Assembly (NCBI GenBank): GCA_963755915.1
Contig: CAVWLP010000002.1
Location: 3,776,001 to 3,840,000 of the forward strand
Direction: 5' to 3'
DNA length: 64,000 bases
Source: an uncultured Phycisphaerales bacterium
GTDB lineage: Bacteria > Planctomycetota > Phycisphaerae > Tepidisphaerales > Tepidisphaeraceae
The notes below the pieces were generated by a model that worked only from the letters and a program-made list of their open reading frames with translations, was not told the origin of the DNA and did not search any database. The position numbers were made by a program, and so were the translations under genes. This document shows positions 19,408 to 30,739 of the stretch, piece after piece. The stretch's first letter is position 1; each line of letters opens with the position of its first letter.

Positions 19408-19803
19408 TTAACTTAGTCGTTTCAGCAGACCTTCTGTTCTGACTTTCCATTCCGGATAGGACTGCGATTCTTTCCAATGATCGCGAAGCCCCGAATCTCG
19501 AAGAACTCTTTTCACCGCCCGACGGGTGCGTTCAATCAAAGCCTGATCGGGATCGTCCTGGTCATCTATCCATTCATGAATCTCATCGGGCACATCGCCA
19601 GATTCTCTGGCGAATTGGATAACGATTACCTCGGCAGCCACCAATGCACACACGGCCGTGGCGGAATCGACGTATTGGTCATCGGCGTCCGGAACACAAT
19701 AAACCGCATCAGCGATAACTTGCATGTCCCTCGCCTCAACGATTTCATCGATGAAATCGCGGGCGGCATCATCGTCAAAAGGCGAAACGCCCCGAGCACC
19801 CAT
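19408..19803 (-). CDS. DUF4259-like protein
   Basis: MGAxGxxPFDDDAARDF N-terminus, ALVAAEV, LRDHW. Confidence 0.7.
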   Translation of the reverse strand: MGARGVSPFDDDAARDFIDEIVEARDMQVIADAVYCVPDADDQYVDSATAVCALVAAEVIVIQFARESGDVPDEIHEWIDDQDDPDQALIERTRRAVKRVLRDSGLRDHWKESQSYPEWKVRTEGLLKRLS

Positions 19804-19808
19804 GCCGA

Positions 19809-20840
19809 TTACCTCGGCTCAAACGGATACTTCTCCGCCAGCACGTCGTTGAACCGGTCGTTTAAATCCGGGAATGGGTCTGTGTCCGCCTGCTTGGTGG
19901 CCTGATCTATTTCCTGGGCGACCGTCTGTTCGATTTCCTGTAGCTGGCTATGCGTGACGAGCGAGGCCTGTTTGAGCCGGTCGGCATAGAGCGTGATTGG
20001 ATCGCGGAGCTTTGCCCGGTCGGCTTCCTCCTTGCTCCGATATTTCAGCGGGTCCGACATTGAGTGCCCCCGGAAGCGATAGGTGTTGGCGACGATATAG
20101 CTCGGCCCCTCGCCGCTTACGGCGCGCTGCTTGGCCTTCGAAAATTCGGCAATCACGATATCAACGTCATTTCCATCGATGCCGTAGTGCGGCATCGCAA
20201 ACGCTGCCCCGCGCTGGGCGAGGTCTTTCTCGGCGCTGGATCGTTCGATCTGTGTTCCCATGGCGATTCCGTTGTTCTCGACGACGAAAATCACCGGGAG
20301 CTTATAAAGGCTTGCAAGATTGAGTGATTCACTGAAAGACCCCTGATTGAGCGCCCCGTCCCCCATAAAGCAAAACGTCGCGCCCCCCGTTTTCTTGTAC
20401 CACTGCGCGAATGCCATTCCTACGCCCAGCGGTATTTGCCCTCCTACGATTCCGTGTCCCCCGTTGTTCCCCACCTCGGCCTGAAAGAGGTGCATCGATC
20501 CACCCTTGCCCTTGGAGCACCCAGTGCTCTTGCCGAAGAGCTCCGCCATCGCCGCGTGCGGCGACATGCCAAGGGCGAGGCTATGCCCGTGGCAGCGGTA
20601 GCCGTTGATGAGGTAATCCTTCGAGGGGTCGAAAATTGCGGCGGTGCCGACGGCGATGGCTTCCTGCCCGCTATAGAGATGGCAAAACCCGCCGATCTTC
20701 TGGCCCGGCCGCGTGTATTCCTGGTAGGTTCGCTCCTCAAACCGCCGAATGAGCATCATCATTCTCAGTCGGTCGCGTTCGAGTCGGCCGTCCGTCTTCT
20801 TCATCGCAGGCCGCCGGTCTACATGATCGGCTATTGTCAT
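19809..20840 (-). CDS. pdhA: Pyruvate dehydrogenase E1 alpha subunit
   Basis: GFCHLYSGQEA, GKGGSMH, GDGA..NN TPP motif, YRFRGHSMSDP. Confidence 0.95.
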   Translation of the reverse strand: MTIADHVDRRPAMKKTDGRLERDRLRMMMLIRRFEERTYQEYTRPGQKIGGFCHLYSGQEAIAVGTAAIFDPSKDYLINGYRCHGHSLALGMSPHAAMAELFGKSTGCSKGKGGSMHLFQAEVGNNGGHGIVGGQIPLGVGMAFAQWYKKTGGATFCFMGDGALNQGSFSESLNLASLYKLPVIFVVENNGIAMGTQIERSSAEKDLAQRGAAFAMPHYGIDGNDVDIVIAEFSKAKQRAVSGEGPSYIVANTYRFRGHSMSDPLKYRSKEEADRAKLRDPITLYADRLKQASLVTHSQLQEIEQTVAQEIDQATKQADTDPFPDLNDRFNDVLAEKYPFEPR

Positions 20841-21176
20841 TTCAACAACTCCGTTTGATTCAACTGAACATCTTTCGAATGGGCATCGGTTGATTCACAA
20901 AAAGCGCAATACCGATCGGTATCCTCATCATATAAACTTCCCCCCCCAAATCCCGTTCCCATCGTCCCATGATACCGCGGCGTCATGGCAGTGTACTGTA
21001 TTTGCCCCACCCATCAAAGTCACTGCCGGATACAGCCGCCAAAACCTCTTATCGACCGAACTCGGAAATTACTCAACTCCCGCGACAACCGATAGTTCGA
21101 GCGTTATCAATACTATAGTCGATTGATGCCCCCTTTGTCGCCGGTAGCGTCGTGGGAGCAAATGCCCCCAGTTTAC

Positions 21177-22999
21177 CTATTGTGGGGTCGGAATGCCGTC
21201 CGTAGCGAGCTGCCGCAGCCGGGCGTCGCATCGCCCGACATAGATCAAATACTGCTTCCGATCGTCGGCATAGGTATCCCGGGCCTGCAAATATTGATGC
21301 GTCACGGGGTCCACCAGATATCGGGCATTGGCGGCCATTACGTCATGCAGCGTGTGAAGCCAGGTTTGCGGATCCGACGAGGCAATCGTCGCCCTCGTGA
21401 ACTGGAGGTGCGTATGGGGGTCCTTAGGGAAAGCCTGGGCCATCACCGCGTCGTCCACGTAATACTTCAGAATGGTGACCGCGTAATGAAGCTCAGCCGC
21501 GTGATAATGCTCCGCCGCGGACTGGAGCAGTTGGTGGCGGGCTTCGCCGGTCGCGTCCGCCGCGGCGAGGTAATCGTGGTCGGCGGCCATCATCTCCTGG
21601 CCGCTGGTTGCGTCGTCGATGTGAACGAAATAAACCGAGGCGTTTGCCTTGTAAGCCAGGATGTGCCGTTCGTATTCCGCCAGCGAGTCCTTGAATAGCT
21701 TTTCCCCCAGCGCATAGCTGTAAAGCGCCGCCTCATAATCCATGCGATTCGACGCCGGCTTGTCGAAGCCAACGTCCATCGTGGGGCTCTCCAGCTCGAT
21801 GGGGTCGTCGCTTTCGGGAATGAATTGCCCCCACATGTCCAGCTCGAACCGCCGTCCGCGCTCCCATTCGTCGTTGGCCCACTGCTTCAGCGTCAGCGCC
21901 GGGCGGGCGTCAACAACCGTGTCCCCCGTCTGAATATGGTGCTGGTTCCACAAAGTTTGCAGCAACTGCGCCTGCTTATAGCTGTTAAAAGCCAGCGCCA
22001 GCGTGGAGATGCCATATGGATACGGCCCATATTGCGGCAGGAACTGGAGCTGCGAGCCGTCATACCACGGCGCCGACGCCGACAGATCGGCCGGGCGCGG
22101 ATACCTTGGCACCAGCAGCGCCGGCAGCACATTCCCGTTTTCATCCAGCATCGGGTCGAGGCGCACCCGCCGCCAGCTTGGGTCGTTGCTCGTCGATTCG
22201 CGCCGGGTTTCGGCGGAATACGTGATCCCAGAACCGTTGAAGGTATTCTGAAGCGCCCTGGCGTTGATCGGCTCCATCACCACGCGAACCGTGTGCGTCT
22301 GATCTTCGGCTTCCAGCGGCGACTCGTTTTCGTTCCACAGCGTCTTCGCCGCCGCGGCGCGGAAATCGTCGGTGCGGTTCTCGGGGAACTCGACGCGGAA
22401 CAGCGTCTGCGTTTCCCGCCGAACGCGATGGCGGTAATAAACGTGCTCCTGGCTCGTTCCCAGCTTGTCGCCGTAGATCATCGCCACCGCGGTGATGATG
22501 TTGATGTCGTCCGGGCGCTCGGTCTCAACCTTCTGCCCGTAATCGATGGCGTCCAGGATGGTGGTGTATTTATTCCGCAGGCTCGCCATCTGCACGGAAA
22601 TGTTGTAGGCCTTGTTCCAGATCTGGAACAGGTGGACGGTATCAAACTCCGGCTGAAGCAGGCGGATCCACTCCACCTTGGTGTCGAAATCCTGAAGATC
22701 GTGCTCCTGCTTCTGATTTTCGCTGCTCATCCACAGGATCATCACCAGCGGCCCGCGCAAGCCGCCCAGCAGCAGGGCGGTGGCATAGCTGGGCAGAGTT
22801 CCGACGCCCGTATCCGCGGTTGCTGCAGCTCCCGGCAGGCCGGAATGCGAATGCAGCGCTGCTTTTTCTTGGATCGCCTGATCGCGCGTCCAGTTGGCCG
22901 CGATCAGCGCGACGACCAGCAACACAACGACGCCAATGCGTCCGCCCGAGCGCCGCGCTGCGCGGCCGTCCGTGGCTCCATTTCTGGTGCGATCGTCAC
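21177..22999 (-). CDS. Membrane-anchored helical protein of the planctomycete 'IRE-like' type (frameshift near the 5' end)
   Basis: LLLGGLRGPLVMILW..LLQPEF..WNKAYNISV motif; GTG 22999 overlaps the upstream stop codon. Confidence 0.65.
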
Positions 23000-25211
23000 G
23001 GCGCCACTTCCTTCCCGCACATGATCACATACGCCAGCACAATCGCCGGCGCCCCGAAGCCCGCCAGGACCACGAGCGCGTCCAGGAACTTGTCGGTCGA
23101 AATGCTCACCCCCTGCTCGATGTCGGATATCGCGTCAAACTGAGACGTATCCGGGAGGGCATTGGCAAAAATCGTCAGGGCCTTGGAAAGGCGGTCGACG
23201 CCGCTGCTCAACACCGACGAAATCGCCACGTCCGTCAGCTTGAAATCGTTCACGATCTGCCGCCCCAGCCCGGGGCCCGCCGAATCGGCGATCTGGTTGA
23301 CTCCCCAATGCCCCAGCAGCAGCAGAACCGTCAGGACCAGCGCGATCGGCCACGATAAAAACGTGCTGCACAGCACCGACAGGATGATCACCAGGATGCT
23401 CATCATCCAGATAATCGCCAGGCTCTTGATCAGGTTCGCCTCAAACCACTGGGTCGAGGCGACCATCTGGAGCGAATCCGGCATTAGCCCCACCGTCTGC
23501 GCCGAATTCACGCAGTGGAAAATGACCTGAAAATCGCCGCTTGAAATTGAATCTGCGGGCACCGTGAAAAACGCCGGAAGCTTGCTCTCCACGAGCACCG
23601 GCGTGGAAAGATCAGTTGCCTTCTTTGAGACATTGTCGATCACGCGGATTTCCAGTTGCGTGGCGTCTTCATGACCGGCGACCACGTCGGAATTGGACCG
23701 GTCCACCTCAAGGTTCACCTGGAATGGAATTCCGCCGCTTCCCGCTTCGGAAGTCGGCGCGTTGGTGAAAAGATAGGCCGCCGTCGCGCCGGCGCATCCT
23801 TCCCGCCATTCATTTCCTGGTCGTAGTGTATTCCCATGCGCCCGCGAAATGCCAGAAATTCCGGCTCGCCGTGGATTCCCGGCAGCGGTTGAATTTCAGC
23901 CGCCCCGGGCGGCTCAAAGGCCACTGTGCCCCCCTGGAATTGCGGCACGAAACAGCTTACCGGCTTTTGGCCGAGCGAATAGTCCACGTTGCCGCTGCTC
24001 CCCGTGATCCGCACGAAAAATCTCGACCGGTTAAACAGCGGCAGAACCTGCTGCGGTGGTATCCATGCGTATGCGTATTGCGCTGTCGTTCCGTCCGGCA
24101 GCTGCGCGGGAGCCGAAAGACGAACGGCGACCGCCATCGCGTTTGGGTCAATCTTCGCGGCGCGAGTATAGGCGAGGATATTCGTCTTCAAATCATCGAT
24201 GCTCGTCCCCCCGACCATCGACGACCCCTGAAGCATGTCGAAGTAGTTTTCGTCCATCAGCTCAAAGCCGATTCGCGGCTCCGTCAGCGGGCCGGTAATT
24301 TTCTTCTCCAGCCTCGGCCCGGTCGGACCAATTGGACCCGCCTCCTGCGGCTGATCATCCGGCGGCCCTGTCCGCCTCGCATTCACCTGCACGCGAAGCA
24401 TCAACCCATATTGTCCCGCACCGGCGTGCGACCAGTCGTCGGTATCCGCCCGCGCCGGCCCAAACATCACTTCACGCTGCACCGGGAATCCCGCCAGACA
24501 ATCTTCATCACCGGAATTTGCAATCACGCGATCAATGCTGCCGGGCGCCGGTGGCTCGCCATACATCGCCAACTGATCCGCCGACCAAAAGCTCCGCGCC
24601 GTCAGCAGGCCGGTCTTCTGGTACTCGGCAAGCCGCGCCCGTTCGGAGTCGCTGATGTCTCCCTCGTTGAGTCGATAAGCGATCTGCTGCTGCTTCTGCT
24701 CGCTGGTGATCCGCATGTAAATCCACGTGAAGACCCCCATGATCAGCACCATCGCCAGCGCCACCCGCGAAAATCCGATCACTTTCCCCAGCACCAGCTC
24801 CAGCCGGGTCACCGGCTTGGTCATGACCGTGTAGACCACCCGGCTTTCGATTTCCTTCGGGATATTCGTGCAGGCCATGATGATGGTGGTCAGCACCACC
24901 ACCAGTCCCGTCGCGAACAGGCAGATTTTTACCGACTGCCGAACCGCGTCCTGCTCGTCGAACGCGCGCTGGAATTGGGTAATCCCTATAACCCCCACGA
25001 TCGCCAGCGGAGTGATCCACAGAATCCGCTTGCGAATCGACTCGGCAAAGCAAACGCTGGAAATCGCCCAGGTTCTTTTGAAACTGAAACGCCGTGTATC
25101 CCCCGGCCCGAAAACCCCCAGCCCCAGCACAACCACGCCGACCGCAATCAACCAGCCCCAGTTGTTGCTGAACCACGAACCGTCGGCGAGTAAACCGTGA
25201 TAATTGAACAT
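22996..25211 (-). CDS. ABC-2 type permease with large extracytoplasmic domain (frameshift near 23780)
   Basis: IPKEIESRVVYTVMTKPVTRLELVLGKVIG motif; TM clusters at both ends; ORFs 23715..25529 + 22996..23718. Confidence 0.8.
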
Positions 25212-25234
25212 CGCAGAAAATCCTGGTCCGGCAA

Positions 25235-26125
25235 TCAGCCCGATCCCACCGACGACTGCCCGTGTCCCGTGTTCTCCCGCACGATGCGGATGAACAGGTC
25301 CTCCAGCGTCGTCGTTGGATGCGTTACCACCGTGTCGTTCACCCCCATCCGATTGAGAAATGTCTTGATCTCCAGGATCTGCGAATCGTTCATTCCCCGC
25401 GTCTGAATCTGCGTGACGTCCTTCACCTGGAGCAGATCGCGCACCTGCCCGATCGTCTGCATCGACCCCCGGAACAGGATCGTGATCCGATCGCAGACGT
25501 CCTGCACGTCCGCCAGCAGGTGGCTGCAAAGCAAAACGGTTTTTCCCTGCTGCTTGAGTGAAAGGATCAGGTCCTTCATCTCGCGCGTGCCGATCGGGTC
25601 CAGCCCCGTCGTCGGCTCGTCGAGCAGAATGAGGTCGGGGTTGTTGATCATCGCCTGTGCCAGGCCGATGCGCCGCGCCATCCCCTTGGAATATTCGCGA
25701 AGCTTTCGCTTGCGGCTCTTGGCGTCGAGCCCCACCGTGTCCAAAAGCAGAGGCACACGCCGGTTCAGCTCTTTGCGCGGAATCTTGAACAGCCGCCCAT
25801 AAAACCGCAGCGTCTCTTCTCCGTTCAAAAATCGGTAGAGGTAAGACTCTTCCGGCAGAAACCCGATCCGCTCGTTGATCTCGGTGCTTCCGGCGGGCTG
25901 TCCCAGCACGGTCGCCTTCCCGCCGGTGGCGAAGATCAGCCCCAGCAGGAGCTTGATGGTCGTGCTTTTCCCCGAACCGTTCGGTCCCAGCAGCCCGAAG
26001 ACCTCCCCGCGATGGATCGTGAGGTTGAGGTCATCCAGTGCGCGGACCTTGTCCCGGCCCCAGAAATCCTTGTACACCTTGGTCAGATGTTCCGTCTGAA
26101 CCGCTTCGTGGTTGGTTGCAGTCAT
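25235..26125 (-). CDS. ABC transporter ATP-binding protein
   Basis: [20 protein letters not shown]-loop. Confidence 0.93.
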   Translation of the reverse strand: MTATNHEAVQTEHLTKVYKDFWGRDKVRALDDLNLTIHRGEVFGLLGPNGSGKSTTIKLLLGLIFATGGKATVLGQPAGSTEINERIGFLPEESYLYRFLNGEETLRFYGRLFKIPRKELNRRVPLLLDTVGLDAKSRKRKLREYSKGMARRIGLAQAMINNPDLILLDEPTTGLDPIGTREMKDLILSLKQQGKTVLLCSHLLADVQDVCDRITILFRGSMQTIGQVRDLLQVKDVTQIQTRGMNDSQILEIKTFLNRMGVNDTVVTHPTTTLEDLFIRIVRENTGHGQSSVGSG

Positions 26126-26243
26126 GTCGCTGTCAGGCTTTCGCGTCCGCCGGCGCGGGACATTCGCCGTCCCGGTGGTAAATTGAAATGCGCTACGACC
26201 CGCGAAGTTGCATAAGTTCGCCGATCACCTTGAAGAATCTGCC

Positions 26244-26429
26244 TTATCGCCGGGGGCCCATGGGGGGCTTCCGCGTCGTCCGCGCCTGACGCCGGCGTTT
26301 CTCGCTCGGCTTCTCGTAATACGCGATCCGCTTGATATCCTTGGTCAGACCCTCTTTCTCACACATCTTCTTGAAGCGCCGCAACATCTGCTCTGCGGTC
26401 TCGTTGCCGCGCGACTTCACCTTTATCAT
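26244..26429 (-). CDS. rpsU: 30S ribosomal protein S21
   Basis: LRRFKK..EG..YEKPSEKRRR signature. Confidence 0.92.
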   Translation of the reverse strand: MIKVKSRGNETAEQMLRRFKKMCEKEGLTKDIKRIAYYEKPSEKRRRQARTTRKPPMGPRR

Positions 26430-26486
26430 CTCAAGACTTCCTTTCCACCATCAGGGAAAGCCGGTAGTTTAGCGCAAAAGGCATCA

Positions 26487-26888
26487 ATGTTCAACCACCA
26501 CACCATTACCATCCGCGTCCGATATACCGAGGTCGATGCGATGGGGTATCTCCATCACAGCCGCTACCTCCAGTATTTCGAAATGGGCAGGATCGAATAC
26601 CTCCGCGCCGCGGGGTTCAGCTACGCTGATCTCGAGCGCGAAGGGGTCTATTTCGCCGTAACCAAGGCCGAAGTCCGCTACAAAGCCCCCGCCAGATTTG
26701 ATGATGAATTGACCCTCACCACCTCCGTCAACCGGGCGACCCTCGTCCGTTTCGACCATTCCTATGAGCTAAAGCGTGGAAACCTGGTCCTGGCGGAGGG
26801 GAACACCACCATCGCCTGCATCGGCCGCGATGGCAAAGTCCGGGCTATGCCCGATCAATTGGTGAATACGACAAAATCTCAGACGTGA
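26487..26888 (+). CDS. Acyl-CoA thioesterase (YbgC/4HBT hot-dog family)
   Basis: RVRYTEVDAMGYLHHSRYLQYFEMGR, YKAPARFDD. Confidence 0.9.
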   Translation: MFNHHTITIRVRYTEVDAMGYLHHSRYLQYFEMGRIEYLRAAGFSYADLEREGVYFAVTKAEVRYKAPARFDDELTLTTSVNRATLVRFDHSYELKRGNLVLAEGNTTIACIGRDGKVRAMPDQLVNTTKSQT

Positions 26889-27768
26889 TTACGAAAAGAC
26901 CGACATCGCCGCCGAAATCTTTTCCGGAAGGGCGGCTCTGACCGTTTCCAGCTTTGCGTCGTCGAGCCCAAGCCGCGACACAATCCCCGCGTCCAGTGTC
27001 TGCGACCGGGCGGTCAGGTTGAATCCCTTGGGATTCTGGCAGCAAAGCGTGTCCGCCACGTAAATGATGCTCACAAACGTCCCATCGCCATCGATGAGTT
27101 CCCCGGGCGTATGATGATACCCCGCCGCCTCCTGGCACGATTTGGTGAAATGCCACTGCTCCGCCAGGCCCTTCCCAAGCGCCTGATGATCGACCCCTAA
27201 AATCTGCCGCTCCACTTCGCAAAAATCGGCGCCGCCCTTTTTCACCGTCGCACAGACGCTTTGCAATTTCTCCGGCCAGGTCTGAAGTTCGACCATGATC
27301 CCCACATCATGAATCAGCCCCGCGAGAAAGTATTCTTCGCACGCCGGCAGTTTTGCCTGCTGCGCCAGTTCTCGCGCACACGCCGACCGAAATGCAGTGC
27401 GTCCACAAATCTTTTGCTGAATACCCCTCGCCAAGTTTCGCCCCGCGAAAAAGTTGCCCCAGGCTTGCCGACACGGCCAGGTTTTTCACTGCCGTCCGCC
27501 CCAACAGCACCAGCGCCCGCTCCACGCTTCCGACCTGGCCGGGAATTCCGTAGAAAGCGCTGTTCACTACTTTCAGAATCCGCGCCGAAAGCGACGGATC
27601 GTTCGAGATGATCTTGTTCAACTGCCCAGTCGAACTTTTGGGGTCCTCGACCGTCGCGATAATATGCGACGTCACTTCCGGCAGCGTCGCCAGAGCGGTC
27701 ACACCCTTAACAGCTTCACGAACAATCGATTGGGGGTCGACAACAGCAGCAGTTGGCATAGCTGTCAT
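26889..27768 (-). CDS. HDOD domain protein (frameshift near 27380)
   Basis: LATLP, DPSLSARILKVVNSAFY, LWTH, AGLIHDVG, DHQALG..W..YHH. Confidence 0.88.
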
Positions 27769-27818
27769 ATCGAGCCTTTATTAACACCTATTTACTTCTC
27801 CCTGCCCGCGGATTCGAT

Positions 27819-28954
27819 TTAGTAACTGATAATCTTGCGAAGCAGCCGTCCGTCGATCGTGACCCCGTTCAACACCCCGGCAATCCTGCCACTGGCGTTT
27901 TCACCCCCGTAGGGGTTCGGATATCGGCCCCTGCGCGGCCGGCCGCCGTTCCAGAGGCGCTTGATCTCTTCCGCGATGGCTGATTCCCGATATGGCACAT
28001 TCCGCACATCTTTACATCGCTCCCGCCCCTCCTGCCGCGGGCCGATGTCAATCACCGGCGTCCGAAAACTCGCCGCCTCGATGATCCCCGCCGAGCTGTT
28101 CCCCACCAGCATCGCCGTCTCCCGGAGTAGTCCCAGGAATATCGGACGCGCCACGTCGCGGCGAATTTCGACAGCCTGATCGCCCCTCAGCGATTCCCAG
28201 CAGCGAATGATCCCCCGCGATCCCGGATCGTTGTTCGGATAAATGATGACGATTTTCTCCGGCCCCGATCTGTTCATGGCTTTGACGATCATCCGCGCCC
28301 TCTGAAATTCAATCGCCTCATCCGCGTCCACCGGATGCAGCACTACCAGCGCGAACTTCCCCGCCTGGATCGAAGGAAATTCTTTCCGCAGCTCGCCCCT
28401 CGTTGCCGCGGCCTTGCGAATCCCATCAATCCCTGGCGACCCGAAGCGATGAATTCTCCAACCATCCTCCCCCATCTTCCTCAGCCGCTCGGCACTCGTC
28501 TTCGTAGCCGGAAAATGAATGTGCGAAAGCTTCGTGATCGCGTGGCGCAGCGCATCGTCCGTCTGCCCCAGGGCCCGATCCCCTCCATGCACGTGCGCGA
28601 CGGCAATGTCCGAAAGGTGCGCCGCCGCCGCCCCCGCAAACGCCTCCACCCGATCCCCGACAACAAGCACGATTTGCGGCTTCAGCTTTCGAAATATTTT
28701 TGCCAGCCCGGTAATCCCCATCCCAACCGCTTCCGCGCGCGGTCCCGCCGGCCAAACCGCAACCGCATCAATCTTCCACTGCTTGCGCAATGCTTCGATC
28801 GTCTTCCCATGTCGCCGGTCGAGGTGCATCCCCGTCACCACAATCTGCAAGTTGCGCCGTCCAATCGCTTGCAAAACCCCTTGCATCAACCCAAATTCCT
28901 GCGCGACCCCGTGACAAAGCAGATCCGCCGACCATGTCCCCCTTTACGCGGCAT
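27819..28954 (-). CDS. neuC: UDP/GDP-GlcNAc 2-epimerase (hydrolysing), frameshift near 28900
   Basis: RRICFVTGSR, VTGMHL, VGDRVE, HVHGGD, RHAITKLSH, GNSSAGIIEA. Confidence 0.9.
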
Positions 28955-29996
28955 CAGACAAACTCTGCCAACTAAGCATTTCGCCGATTTTAATCGGATG
29001 ACTCGTCCGCTGCCCCACAATCGACGGCAGCGCCGACGCCGGAATACCGGTCCCTGGACGCTGCACCTTCAAATCCTCCTCAACAATCCGGTGACCGGCG
29101 AGAATGTCGCGCGCCGCCACCAGGCTCTGTCGGCTAACGCTGCGCACATCGCGCTCGATTTCCAAAACCCTTTTTCCCGGCGAACCGCGCATTGCCATCG
29201 CCATCCGCACCAGCGACACATATTTCGCGAAATCGCTTGGGTTCAAACTCGCCGAATGATCCGGGCCGGCCGCATTGCAATCGTACGTCAGGTGCTTCTC
29301 GACAAACGCCGCGCCCGCCGCCACCGCCAGCGCGCCCGTGATCACGTCCGTCGTATGGTCCGAAAATCCGACCGCCGTCCCGAATCGCGCCGCCAGCTCG
29401 GCAATCCACGATAGATTTACGTTCTCCGCCGGCGTCGGATAGCTGCTGATGCAGTGCAGCAGCGCGAACTGCGCGTTCCATCCCCGCAGCCAGGCGATGC
29501 TCGATGAGATTTCATTCACATTCGCCGCCCCCGTAGAAAGCAGCAGTGGACGTCCATATTGCGCCGCACGCCGCAGCAGCGGCCAATTCACGATGTCCGG
29601 CGACGCGATCTTGATCGCCCCCAATTCTAGCGATTCAATCACGTCCACATCCTCCGGCGAAAACGGCGTCGCCAGCGGCTGCATCCCCAGCTTCCGAATC
29701 TCCCCCACGATCTGCCCAAGCTCTTCCGCCTCCAGCTCATATCGCCGCAGCATGTCGATCGGCGAATCCTCCAGCAGCGACCGCTTCTGATATTCCGCCA
29801 TCACCGACGACGGATGCATGAGCCGATCCGCCTTGAAAACTTGGAGCTTCACCACGTCTGCCCCCGCGTGGGAAGCGGCGTGGACCAGCTCGATTGCCTT
29901 CTGAACCTCGCCGTCGTGATTGACGCCCAGCTCGGCAATCACCATCGCCTTGCCGCCGCCAAAAAAACCTCCCGCCGACTTCTGGATCTGGTTCAT
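28944..29996 (-). CDS. neuB: N-acetylneuraminate/nonulosonate synthase with SAF domain
   Basis: IAELGVNHDG, KIAS, LSTG, LHCISSYP, GFSDHT, EKHLT, RPGTGI. Confidence 0.93.
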   Translation of the reverse strand: MNQIQKSAGGFFGGGKAMVIAELGVNHDGEVQKAIELVHAASHAGADVVKLQVFKADRLMHPSSVMAEYQKRSLLEDSPIDMLRRYELEAEELGQIVGEIRKLGMQPLATPFSPEDVDVIESLELGAIKIASPDIVNWPLLRRAAQYGRPLLLSTGAANVNEISSSIAWLRGWNAQFALLHCISSYPTPAENVNLSWIAELAARFGTAVGFSDHTTDVITGALAVAAGAAFVEKHLTYDCNAAGPDHSASLNPSDFAKYVSLVRMAMAMRGSPGKRVLEIERDVRSVSRQSLVAARDILAGHRIVEEDLKVQRPGTGIPASALPSIVGQRTSHPIKIGEMLSWQSLSDAA

Positions 29997-30739
29997 GCCA
30001 CCCTCGTTTCGTAAACGCTGCTCTGCTGCTCGCGCAAGATCGCCTCCGCCAGCAGCAGGTCGCGCTGCTGGTCTATCTCCAGCGTCTCCCCCGACTCAGT
30101 CACGATCCCGCGCCGATCGATCCCGAAAAACGCGTGCGGGTCGCGCGGGTTTTCCTTCCCTCGCAGCATCGCGTCCCGCGACACCGCCACCACCGCGCCG
30201 TCATGCAAATAGAGCGCCTGCAAATCCTGCCTTCGATGGATACTCCCCGGCACGAGCGGCTCCACGCGGTCCCCATCCATCCGGCTCATCCACGACGGAT
30301 GCCATTTCCCCACCGGGCACATCGACCGCACCGAATCGCATTTGCTCTTGCGCAGCAGATCGATCGCCCGGTCGATCACCCGCTCCCCCCGCACCGGAAC
30401 ATTCCCGTAAAGCACCACCAGCGAATCGGCGACAAAATCCCCCTTGCTCTCAACGATCTCCATCGCGTGCAGCATCACGTCCTGCACAGAAGCATCGTCC
30501 GTCGCCAGCTTCGGCGGCCGGTCGATCACCTGCAGCCCGCGCGACCGCGCCAGTTGTTTAATCGTTGGGCAATCCGTCGACACCACCGTTCGCGTTAGAA
30601 ACAGCGACGTCTCCACACGGTCAAACGTGTAAGAAATCACCGGCTTCCCGCACAGTTGCCGCAGGTGCTTGTCCTTCAATCCCCTGCTCCCGGACCGGGC
30701 CAGAATCACTCCCAGCGAATTCATATTTTTCTCCTTCAT
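29993..30739 (-). CDS. neuA: Acylneuraminate cytidylyltransferase family protein
   Basis: ILARSGSRGLKDKH, VVSTD, RPPKLATD, HRRQDL, LEID; ATGA overlap with the upstream gene. Confidence 0.88.
   Translation of the reverse strand: MKEKNMNSLGVILARSGSRGLKDKHLRQLCGKPVISYTFDRVETSLFLTRTVVSTDCPTIKQLARSRGLQVIDRPPKLATDDASVQDVMLHAMEIVESKGDFVADSLVVLYGNVPVRGERVIDRAIDLLRKSKCDSVRSMCPVGKWHPSWMSRMDGDRVEPLVPGSIHRRQDLQALYLHDGAVVAVSRDAMLRGKENPRDPHAFFGIDRRGIVTESGETLEIDQQRDLLLAEAILREQQSSVYETRVA

Noticed and set aside
17934-19442. Long opposite-strand ORFs (e.g. 17934..19442, 21825..23024, 23826..25193, 31910..33133)
   Set aside because: Antisense shadows of well-supported genes in high-GC DNA, with no recognisable motifs
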